From: Akkermansia muciniphila ATCC BAA-835
Lineage (GTDB): Bacteria; Verrucomicrobiota; Verrucomicrobiia; Verrucomicrobiales; Akkermansiaceae
Direction of reading: 5' to 3'
DNA length: 32,000 nt
Assembly (NCBI RefSeq): GCF_000020225.1
Contig: NC_010655.1
Span: 930,001-962,000 of the forward strand
Position 1 is the stretch's first letter. Every line of letters starts with the position of its first letter. Below, in pieces: positions 1 through 7,082 of this stretch. Made by a program: the position numbers and the translations under genes. The notes beneath the pieces were generated by a model, which had not been told where the DNA came from, did not search any database, and was given only the letters and a program-made list of their open reading frames with translations.

Positions 1-1023
1 AAGGTTGTCTTCCGCCATCATGTCTCCGTAAACGGCATAAGCGCGAGACCGGGACCCTCCGCAGATGGTACGGTACTCACACCGTCCGCATTTGCCCTGC
101 AACGCATTGTCATCCCGGAGTTTGAGGAAAAGGGGGTGCGTGCGGTAGATTTCTCCAGGGTCATCCGTCCGGACGTTTCCTGCCGTTATGGGGAGAAAAC
201 CGGAGGGCTGTATTTCCCCGGTATGAGAAATAAACATAATGCCCTTGCCGTCCCGGGTGGGAATGGCGCGGCGAGCAGGCTTGCTTCCCTGAGCACGGGC
301 TTCCTGAAGCGCCACGCGGCGATAATGGTGCCCTTCCGTCGTTTTGACGCCGAAAGAAACCTCATGGCTTATCCTGCTCAGTTTTTTCCAGACGGCTTCC
401 ACGTCTTCCGCCGCAGGCATCTCATCCATAGCGGCGCGGCCTGTGGGCACCAGAAGAAACACGCTCCACATGCCCGGTTTCATTTTTTTCACCAGCTCCA
501 CAAAGTCGTCAAATTCTCCCAGCGTGCTCCTGGTAATGGTGGTGTTGATTTGCAAGTGCATGCCGGCTTCCTTCGCCATTTCCGCAGCCCGGAGAGTCCG
601 TTCATATGTGTGGGGGACACCGCGGAAGGCGTCATGGGTACTTTCATGCGCACCGTCCAGGCTCAATGACATGCTCTGAACCCCAGCTTCTTTCAACGCA
701 TGGAAATCCGTGTGCAACAGCCGGGCGGTAGCAGCAGGGCTCAATGCTACATGCAGCCCCTTGCCGGAAGCCGCACGGACCAATTCCAGAATATCCGGCC
801 TCATGACCGGGTCTCCGCCTGTCAACACCAGCATGGGAGGCCGCAGTTCCGCCAACTGGTCAATCAGGCGCAATGCCTCCTCATGAGTCAATTCATCCGG
901 GTGGGGACGCGGCTGGGCGACGGCGCGGCAATGTCTGCACGCAAGCGCGCAAGCGCGCGTCACTTCCCAGAAGACCAGGAAAGGGCGTTCATTGAGATCT
1001 GTTTCACTAAAAACCGGGCGCAT
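1..1023 (-). CDS. radical SAM/SPASM-domain protein; the 3' end runs off the window and the gene is absent from the supplied ORF track
   Basis: Hand translation of the minus strand from the ATG at 1023-1021 gives MRPVFSETDLNERPFLVFWEVTRACALACRHCRAVAQPRPHPDELTHEEALRLIDQLAELRPPMLVLTGGDP... A CX3CX2C radical-SAM cluster motif (CALACRHC) lies at nt 928-951. A SPASM-type Cys motif (GKCGRCEYRTICGGSRSRAY) lies at nt 37-96. The frame stays open for 341 codons to the window edge. It resembles the NirJ/AhbD/PqqE-like class (possibly TIGR04053), but that is from memory. Confidence 0.85.
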   Translation of the reverse strand, partial: MRPVFSETDLNERPFLVFWEVTRACALACRHCRAVAQPRPHPDELTHEEALRLIDQLAELRPPMLVLTGGDPVMRPDILELVRAASGKGLHVALSPAATARLLHTDFHALKEAGVQSMSLSLDGAHESTHDAFRGVPHTYERTLRAAEMAKEAGMHLQINTTITRSTLGEFDDFVELVKKMKPGMWSVFLLVPTGRAAMDEMPAAEDVEAVWKKLSRISHEVSFGVKTTEGHHYRRVALQEARAQGSKPARRAIPTRDGKGIMFISHTGEIQPSGFLPITAGNVRTDDPGEIYRTHPLFLKLRDDNALQGKCGRCEYRTICGGSRSRAYAVYGDMMAEDNL

Positions 1024-1094
1024 TTTTCAGGACAGCCAATTTAGAACAATTATAATTTTTTGACCAGCCCAAAAGGACGCATCCTTTAAAAAGT

Positions 1095-1913
1095 TCACTT
1101 AGCCGCCTCTTCACGGATTTTTTGAACTTCCTTAGGCAGTTCGGAAAGGGAATTCAGAGCTTCCTTCAGGTTCCTGGAAGCATCCGGAGAAAGCATGATG
1201 GCCGTTACATGCTTGACAATGGGCTGCATCATTTCCACAAGCTGCTGCTGCACTCCCATCAGCTTGGCCTGCTGGTTGCGGGTGAGAGGCGGCAGGGCAG
1301 CCTGTTTCCTGGCAACGTCCAGCATAGCCGCCCGGTAGCGACCTATCTGTTCCACAGCAGCCTTGCCGGTTTCTTCATCTCTTACCCTGGCCAGAGAGTC
1401 GTTAAGCTTTTTTACTTCCTCCACAGTTTTGGTTAGCAGGGTTTCATGCGTGTTGCCCTCCGCATCCTCCTGGAACGGCTCCGCCTGCTCAGCCTTATCC
1501 CGGGAAGCCTGCGCCAGCTCCTTCTGAACAGACTGTAAATCCGCCAGGGCCTTTTGCAAATCGGGCGTAAGCAGACCTTCCTTCTTCAAACGGGACAGAG
1601 ATTTTATCAATTCACCTGAAATTTTCTGTGCTTCCGTCATCTGGGCGGAAACCTGAGCCTGCTCCTGAAGCGTGGCACCAGGAAGTTCCAGCTGTCTTTT
1701 CCCAATGTCCAGCAGCTTTTTATGAACTTTTTTAACCGTTTCCACAGCAGCGGCCGCTCCAGGTTCATCCGTTACCTTGTCCAGAGCCGCTGCGATTTCA
1801 TGCATGCTGGCAACGCTCTGCCTGGTCAGGGAAAGATGGGAGTCCTGGGCAAATGCGGAGGCTGTTATGCAAACGGCAGTGCCCAGGCTGATGGAAGCAA
1901 CAATTTTATTCAT
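1095..1913 (-). CDS. secreted alpha-helical hypothetical protein with an internal tandem duplication
   Basis: The ORF is open to 1967, but the internal ATG at 1913 yields a canonical signal peptide (MNKIVASISLGTAVCITASAFAQD). The mature part is Lys/Glu/Gln/Ala/Leu-rich. It contains two mutually similar halves of about 100 aa sharing AAVE..(9)..LD..(4)..Q..LP..T..Q.A. I recognise no family. Confidence 0.6.
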   Translation of the reverse strand: MNKIVASISLGTAVCITASAFAQDSHLSLTRQSVASMHEIAAALDKVTDEPGAAAAVETVKKVHKKLLDIGKRQLELPGATLQEQAQVSAQMTEAQKISGELIKSLSRLKKEGLLTPDLQKALADLQSVQKELAQASRDKAEQAEPFQEDAEGNTHETLLTKTVEEVKKLNDSLARVRDEETGKAAVEQIGRYRAAMLDVARKQAALPPLTRNQQAKLMGVQQQLVEMMQPIVKHVTAIMLSPDASRNLKEALNSLSELPKEVQKIREEAAK

Positions 1914-1995
1914 GATACGGAAGCCTTTCCGGTATGGAAGAATACGTTTTCCTCCTTTCCCCGTCAATGGCGGCTATTGTCAAGACCACTATATG

Positions 1996-2033
1996 AAAAA
2001 AGGGCTGTCCGCAAACAAGCGGACAGCCCTTTT
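1996..2033 (-). terminator. rho-independent terminator downstream of the 2054-2488 gene
   Basis: A perfect 11-bp stem pairs gggctgtccgc (2002-2012) with gcggacagccc (2019-2029) around a 6-nt loop. On the minus strand it is followed by six T (plus-strand A run at 1996-2001). Confidence 0.7.
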
Positions 2034-2053
2034 GAAATCTTAACAGCCCGGCC

Positions 2054-2488
2054 TTAGTCGCGCTGCTGGCGTGAATACTTGTAGTAGCTCTGGAAGCTGA
2101 GTTCCGCAGGGAATTCGCTCAGGCCGCCATTGGGATTGTATTCCTTGAGGCCGCTCATGCCGCAGCGCCCCTGATAAGGGGGCTTGTACGTGCATTTGTA
2201 AGTGGGAGCCCAGAAGGTGACAAGTTCATAAATTCCGTAGCCCATGCGTTCAAACATGGTAGCGGTGCCATCAACAATGCCTACGGAAAAACCGGCATAA
2301 TCTCCCTCGCGGCTCGTCCAGTTGATGATTCCCAGCGGGATTTCTTCAACGGAATAAATAAGGTTGGCGATGGCGCGGCCCAGCTTGCGGGTGGGGGTGT
2401 ATTCGGAAGCGGGGGGAGCCTGAATGTCCGCACTGGCGACACCAACGACGCCGGCGGCAAAAAGAGCTGAGATGATGGCACGTTTCAT
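2054..2488 (-). CDS. exosortase-system-associated protein, TIGR04073-like, secreted
   Basis: It has a signal peptide (MKRAIISALFAAGVVGVASA). The pattern KLGRaiaNliysveEIPlgI...G..vG.vdG....feRmGyGiYElvTFwaP matches my recollection of the TIGR04073 signature (KLGRG..N....EIP ... G.YE.vTFp.P). A Cys/Tyr-rich C-terminal tail of about 45 aa follows. Confidence 0.6.
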   Translation of the reverse strand: MKRAIISALFAAGVVGVASADIQAPPASEYTPTRKLGRAIANLIYSVEEIPLGIINWTSREGDYAGFSVGIVDGTATMFERMGYGIYELVTFWAPTYKCTYKPPYQGRCGMSGLKEYNPNGGLSEFPAELSFQSYYKYSRQQRD

Positions 2489-2545
2489 ACTGATTGTTTA
2501 TATAGTATAATTTGTCGAGGGAAAGCAACTCAAAAAAACAAAAAA

Positions 2546-3556
2546 TCAATCTAATTCCGGCCGGGGGTCCCGCGTCATGAGTTCCGCAAGCGCTTCCATC
2601 GGCGGCTTGGATTCATAAAGAACGGAATAAACGGCGTCAATCAGGGGCGTCCTCACCTCCAGCTTCCGCGCAATTTCATAGACGGACAGCGTGTTGGGCA
2701 CCCCTTCCGCCACCATGCCCAGGGTATCCAGGATTTCCTGAAGGCTCTTCCCTTCCGCCAGTCTCCGCCCCACCGTCTGGTTACGGGAGTGGCGGGAATA
2801 GCAGGTAACAATCAAATCGCCTACTCCGGAAAGGCCCATGAAGGTTTCCCTGCGGCCTCCGCTGGCCACGCCGATGCGCGTCATTTCCGCCAGGCCGCGG
2901 GTCAGCAAAGCGGCCTGGGCGTTATCCCCCAGGTTCAGCCCTTCGCATAAGCCGGCCCCGATGGCAAAGACGTTCTTAATGGTTCCGCCCAGCTGCATGC
3001 CGATAATGTCCGTAGCGGAATAAACACGGAAGGTTTTGGATGCAAATATCTGCTGCACCCAATCCGCATACTTCGGATCTTCAAATCCAATCAGGGAGGC
3101 GGACGGAAGGCCCAGGCAGATATCTTCCGCATGATTGGGACCGGAAAGCACGCCTATGGGGTTGGAGGGCAGATATTCCTGAAGGATTTCCGTCATTCTT
3201 TTATGGGTTCCCTGTTCAATGCCCTTGGTGCAGGAGACAATGACGGCATCCGGCTGCACCGGCAGGCTGCGCAGCCGCTGGGCCACGGAACGCATGGCCA
3301 CGGAAGGTACCACTACTACAATGAGTTCCGCATCCTTCACCTGGCCCAGATCGCAAGTAGGATGGATATTGGGGGCCAGGGGAAGGGCGGTTTTCGAAAG
3401 GACGGGGCTGCGTCTTGTTTCGGCAAGCTGCCTGGCCTGAGCCTCTTCCGGCGTCCACAGGACGACTTCACATTCCCGGGTCGCCAGAACCATGGAGAGG
3501 GCCGTGCCCCAGGAACCGGCTCCAATGACTGCTATTTTATGTAACCGATTCATCAT
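2546..3556 (-). CDS. gpsA: NAD(P)H-dependent glycerol-3-phosphate dehydrogenase
   Basis: The N-terminal Rossmann motif is KIAVIGAGSWGTALSMVLA. Full-length GpsA-like sequence follows (GLNLGDNAQAALLTRGLAEM, VAEGVPNT). The start lies 1 nt after the plsY stop. Confidence 0.95.
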   Translation of the reverse strand: MMNRLHKIAVIGAGSWGTALSMVLATRECEVVLWTPEEAQARQLAETRRSPVLSKTALPLAPNIHPTCDLGQVKDAELIVVVVPSVAMRSVAQRLRSLPVQPDAVIVSCTKGIEQGTHKRMTEILQEYLPSNPIGVLSGPNHAEDICLGLPSASLIGFEDPKYADWVQQIFASKTFRVYSATDIIGMQLGGTIKNVFAIGAGLCEGLNLGDNAQAALLTRGLAEMTRIGVASGGRRETFMGLSGVGDLIVTCYSRHSRNQTVGRRLAEGKSLQEILDTLGMVAEGVPNTLSVYEIARKLEVRTPLIDAVYSVLYESKPPMEALAELMTRDPRPELD

Positions 3557-3557
3557 C

Positions 3558-4202
3558 TTACTTGGACTTTTTGGAATAGAAGGAGTGCTCCGTTCCGTTG
3601 AGAAGCCTTGCGATATTGGAACGGTGCTTGAGAATCACCAGTGCGCCTACCACCGTGAAAAAGGCGACGTAAAGTATCTGGGGGGAGACATCCCCGTCCT
3701 GGCAAAGCGGATAAATCCACCATCCGGCGGCGATCATCACCACAGCGGCCACCAGGCTGGCCAGGGACACGATGCCGGAGATTCCCATAACCACCAGCCA
3801 AGAAGCCAGAGCTACGCAAGCCACCACCGGATTGAGGGCAAATAAAACCCCCGCGGTTGTCGCTACGCCTTTTCCTCCCCTGAATCCCAGGAAACAGGTG
3901 TAAGTATGACCGAGTATAACAGCGAAACAGGAGAGAACTACCAAGACATTGAAATCCCAGCCGCCCGCATCCCCCGTCAGGAACGGCAGCCAGTTCAAGG
4001 CGCCGAACACAGGGATGAACCCCTTTAAGAAGTCCAGAATGAAAACGGAAAGGCCCCACTTCCAGCCCAGTACGCGCCACGCATTGGTAGCGCCTATGTT
4101 GCGGGAACCCTGCTGCCTCAGGTCAATCCCTCTGATTCTGCCGGCAAGGTAGCCGAACGGAATCGCTCCGATCAGGTAATAGAAAACTATCCAGGCAATC
4201 AT
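3558..4202 (-). CDS. plsY: glycerol-3-phosphate acyltransferase PlsY
   Basis: MIAWIVFYYLIGAIPFGYLAGRIRGIDLRQQGSRNIGATNAWRVLG and FLKGFIPV are PlsY hallmarks. The protein is polytopic and hydrophobic. The ORF is open to 4238, but the ATG at 4202 gives the usual PlsY N-terminus. Confidence 0.9.
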   Translation of the reverse strand: MIAWIVFYYLIGAIPFGYLAGRIRGIDLRQQGSRNIGATNAWRVLGWKWGLSVFILDFLKGFIPVFGALNWLPFLTGDAGGWDFNVLVVLSCFAVILGHTYTCFLGFRGGKGVATTAGVLFALNPVVACVALASWLVVMGISGIVSLASLVAAVVMIAAGWWIYPLCQDGDVSPQILYVAFFTVVGALVILKHRSNIARLLNGTEHSFYSKKSK

Positions 4203-4253
4203 GTTGTGCGGAGTGCATTTTAATCCCCCGCCGGTCAAATGACAATGGGGAAA

Positions 4254-4403
4254 TCACCTCCGGCCCGGTTCTTTCCGGAGGGGTTGCTCCCGTAAAAGAA
4301 CACCATACCTGACAGCCTCCTCCAGATCCTCATTTTCAAGACTCTCCGTGCCCCGGTCTGCGGAAAAGCCCTGTTTAAGGCGCAATAAGAACAGCGCGAA
4401 CAT
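4254..4403 (-). CDS. possible 49-aa small ORF of unknown function
   Basis: Hand translation gives MFALFLLRLKQGFSADRGTESLENEDLEEAVRYGVLLREQPLRKEPGRR, with a TGA stop at 4256-4254. It sits in an otherwise unassigned 216-bp gap between the PP2C gene and plsY. It is below the length cut-off of the ORF track. I see no recognisable homology or strong RBS. Confidence 0.15.
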   Translation of the reverse strand: MFALFLLRLKQGFSADRGTESLENEDLEEAVRYGVLLREQPLRKEPGRR

Positions 4404-4454
4404 TTTCCCGCCCGCCCAGAACCATGCTCCCGCACTTCCTTCGCCGGAATAAGC

Positions 4455-5240
4455 TTATTTACCGCCCTCGCAGGGTTTCCGCATGACGGCAGCCCAGACG
4501 GAGGCATTATCCTGCTGGGGCTCCAGCATATCCTTCACCTGTTCCATAATGATCCCCACCAGCTCCCTGCTGGAACAATCCCTGGCCTTTTGAAGAGCCA
4601 GGAAAGAAGGTTCTCTCAACAGCTCGCTCCAAACCTGCAAGCCATCCGAGCAGGCCAGCACCGCATCTCCCGGATGCAAGAGCAGGGGCATGGCGCTGAT
4701 GTCCACCAGTTCCATGGGACCGCCCATAACGGCGGAACGGAGAATGCAACGCTGCCGGAGCGCACCCTGAAGTGACATTTTCCCCTTCCGGTAAAGGCTA
4801 TCCGCAATCGGCCTCATGGAATGGTCTTCATTCAGCCGGTCCATCCGAAAGCTGTCCGCCCCGCTCCATAAATACAGGGGGGAGTCTCCCACGCTGATCC
4901 ACCACAGGAAATGGTCGCGGATGAAGACGGCCAGCAATGTGGTTCCGGATTCCTCCGGTTCCTTCTGAATGGCGGACAATGCCCTGTTGGCAGCATGCAA
5001 AGCCGCCGTTAAACGTTCCGGGATATCCTCGATGCCGCTTTCCGCAAATACCGCGGCAAATTCCTGCGCCACCACACAGGAGGCGCAATCTCCGCGAAGA
5101 TGCCCTCCCATGCCGTCGCACACGATGCCCAGCATCCCGCCGGCGGCGGGAAGACTTTTAACCACGTCTTCCTGCTCGCGGCGTTTGCCGATCCATTGGG
5201 CGGAAGCGCAGTCCAGAATATCCGGGGTGCGGGGAGCCAT
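4455..5240 (-). CDS. PP2C-family Ser/Thr protein phosphatase
   Basis: The PP2C metal-binding motifs appear in order: REQEDV, CDGMGGH, VGDSPLY, CSDGL, DNASV. The start lies 17 nt downstream of the lysS stop. Confidence 0.85.
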   Translation of the reverse strand: MAPRTPDILDCASAQWIGKRREQEDVVKSLPAAGGMLGIVCDGMGGHLRGDCASCVVAQEFAAVFAESGIEDIPERLTAALHAANRALSAIQKEPEESGTTLLAVFIRDHFLWWISVGDSPLYLWSGADSFRMDRLNEDHSMRPIADSLYRKGKMSLQGALRQRCILRSAVMGGPMELVDISAMPLLLHPGDAVLACSDGLQVWSELLREPSFLALQKARDCSSRELVGIIMEQVKDMLEPQQDNASVWAAVMRKPCEGGK

Positions 5241-5257
5241 GCGGCCGGTGGTTCGGA

Positions 5258-6739
5258 TTAACTGTCCTTACGTTTCAACTGCGGGAAGAGCAGCACGTCA
5301 CGGATGGAAGAGGCCCCCGTCAGCATCATGACGACGCGGTCGATGCCGATGCCGATGCCGCCTGCGGAGGGCATTCCGTATTCCAGCGTTTCAATGAAAT
5401 CATAGTCCACACGCTGGGTCTCCCCGGCAGCCTGGTGCTCCAGGCGTTCCTTTTGCACGTCAGGATCGTTCAATTCCGAATAGCCGGGGGAAATTTCCTG
5501 CCCGTTGATCACCAGTTCATATACATCCACTACGTCCGGATTTTCCCGGTTCAGCTTGGCCAGGGGAACCAAGTCCTTGGCCACGTGGGTAACAAAGCAG
5601 GGGTTCATGGTCTTTTCCTCCACCAGTTTTTCATACACCTGCTGGGAAACATCCACATCTTTCATATCCGGGCTGATTTCCACTCCCAGCTCTTCACAGC
5701 GGGCGCGGCGCGCTTCGGGGGAGATGTCAAACCAGTCTTCCCCCGCCACGCCCCGGATCAGGTCCTGGTAGTCGGCGCGTCTCCAGGGCCGGCTGAGGTC
5801 GATTGTGTAAAGAACGTTGCCTTCCGCGTCCTTGTGGTCAATCTGAAGGCCACCGCAGAATTTTTCCGCCAGATGGCAGATGAGCTCCTCCACCATATTC
5901 GCCATGGTTTCAAAATCACCGCAGGCGCAATAGGCTTCCAGCATGGTGAATTCCGGGTTGTGGCGGCGGTCAATTCCTTCATTGCGGAAGCTGCGGTTGA
6001 GTTCGAAAATTTTCGTGAAGCCGCCCACCATCAGGCGTTTGAGGAAAAGCTCCGGGGCAATGCGCAGCGTCAGCGGCATATCCAGCGCGTTATGGTACGT
6101 TTCAAACGGCTTGGCGGCGGCCCCACCGGCCACATCCTGAAGCATGGGGGTTTCCACTTCCAGATAACCGCGTTCCTGGAGAAAGCGGCGGATTTCCGCA
6201 ATCATGAGGGAGCGCGTAACGAACAGGGAGGCGCTTTCCTCATTGGAAATGAGGTCCAGGTGGCGCTTGCGGTAGGTCACCTCCTTGTCCGCCAGCCCGT
6301 GCCACTTGTCCGGCAGGGGGCGGAGGCTTTTGGAAAGAATGGTCAGTCCGGATACCTTTACGGTAGGTTCTCCGGTACGGGTCAGGAACGTGGTTCCCCT
6401 GATGCCGACCCAGTCCCCGCGGTCCAGGAGCTTCCAAAGCTTCCAGGTGGTTTCATCCACCTCATTTTTATGCAGGAACCCCTGGATTTTTCCCCGTACG
6501 TCCCCAATGACGAAAAACTGGGATTTGCCCATGTCGCGAATAGCCAGAAGGCGGCCGGCGACGGCTACCTGTTTGTCTTCCTGGAAATCGGCTTTCAATC
6601 CGGCGGGAGTGGTGGTCACGTCAAATCTTGCGCCGTAGGGGTCAATTCCCAGCTCACGGATTTTGGCGAGCTTGTCGCGGCGCACGGCAATAAGTTCGGA
6701 TTCCGTCGTAGTCGGATGTGCCTGCTGTTGTTCGGACAT
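5258..6739 (-). CDS. lysS: lysine--tRNA ligase, class II
   Basis: This is a full-length 493-aa LysRS. It has an OB-fold anticodon-binding N-domain (VAGRLLAIRDMGKSQFFVIGD). Class II motifs are present (FRNEGIDRRHNPEFTMLE, GIGIGIDRVVMMLTG). Confidence 0.97.
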   Translation of the reverse strand: MSEQQQAHPTTTESELIAVRRDKLAKIRELGIDPYGARFDVTTTPAGLKADFQEDKQVAVAGRLLAIRDMGKSQFFVIGDVRGKIQGFLHKNEVDETTWKLWKLLDRGDWVGIRGTTFLTRTGEPTVKVSGLTILSKSLRPLPDKWHGLADKEVTYRKRHLDLISNEESASLFVTRSLMIAEIRRFLQERGYLEVETPMLQDVAGGAAAKPFETYHNALDMPLTLRIAPELFLKRLMVGGFTKIFELNRSFRNEGIDRRHNPEFTMLEAYCACGDFETMANMVEELICHLAEKFCGGLQIDHKDAEGNVLYTIDLSRPWRRADYQDLIRGVAGEDWFDISPEARRARCEELGVEISPDMKDVDVSQQVYEKLVEEKTMNPCFVTHVAKDLVPLAKLNRENPDVVDVYELVINGQEISPGYSELNDPDVQKERLEHQAAGETQRVDYDFIETLEYGMPSAGGIGIGIDRVVMMLTGASSIRDVLLFPQLKRKDS

Positions 6740-7082
6740 AGTGCGGGGATTCTAAAGGCTTGCTTCCGTTTTGGCTAGCGCATTGTCAGGCAGAGGGGAC
6801 ATTTTTGGCGGCCGGTTTTGACCCGAAGGTTCCTCCCCCCTTTTTCGGAAGCCGGATGCCGGAACATGCCCCAGTACTCCGGCCGTTTTGCAAAAAGCCT
6901 GGACAGAACCACATAAAGCACGATATTCAAAGGAATTGAAACAAAACTGGTCTTATTATTAAAAAATGGCCGGCAAATCCCCACATACGCATAATTGCTT
7001 TTACCTTTGGCACCAGACATGTTATAAATGTTCCCGTTAAGACGCACCTTATTTATCAATTATATACTATCCGTGCAGACTT

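Noticed and set aside
136-1044. Plus-strand track ORFs 136-669, 344-679 and 700-1044.
   Set aside because: They overlap the minus-strand radical SAM/SPASM gene, which has clear catalytic motifs. The plus-strand translations have no recognisable features.
5435-6778. A 447-aa plus-strand ORF antisense to lysS.
   Set aside because: It is codon-aligned with lysS (6739-5437 = 3 x 434), so it is the same codon-bias shadow effect. The sequence has no protein-like features, and the sense strand is a complete LysRS.
6775-7059. A 94-aa minus-strand ORF in the lysS-nifJ divergent spacer.
   Set aside because: The composition is odd, there is no homology I recognise, and it occupies the expected promoter region for two divergent, highly expressed genes. 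It is most likely a chance ORF.
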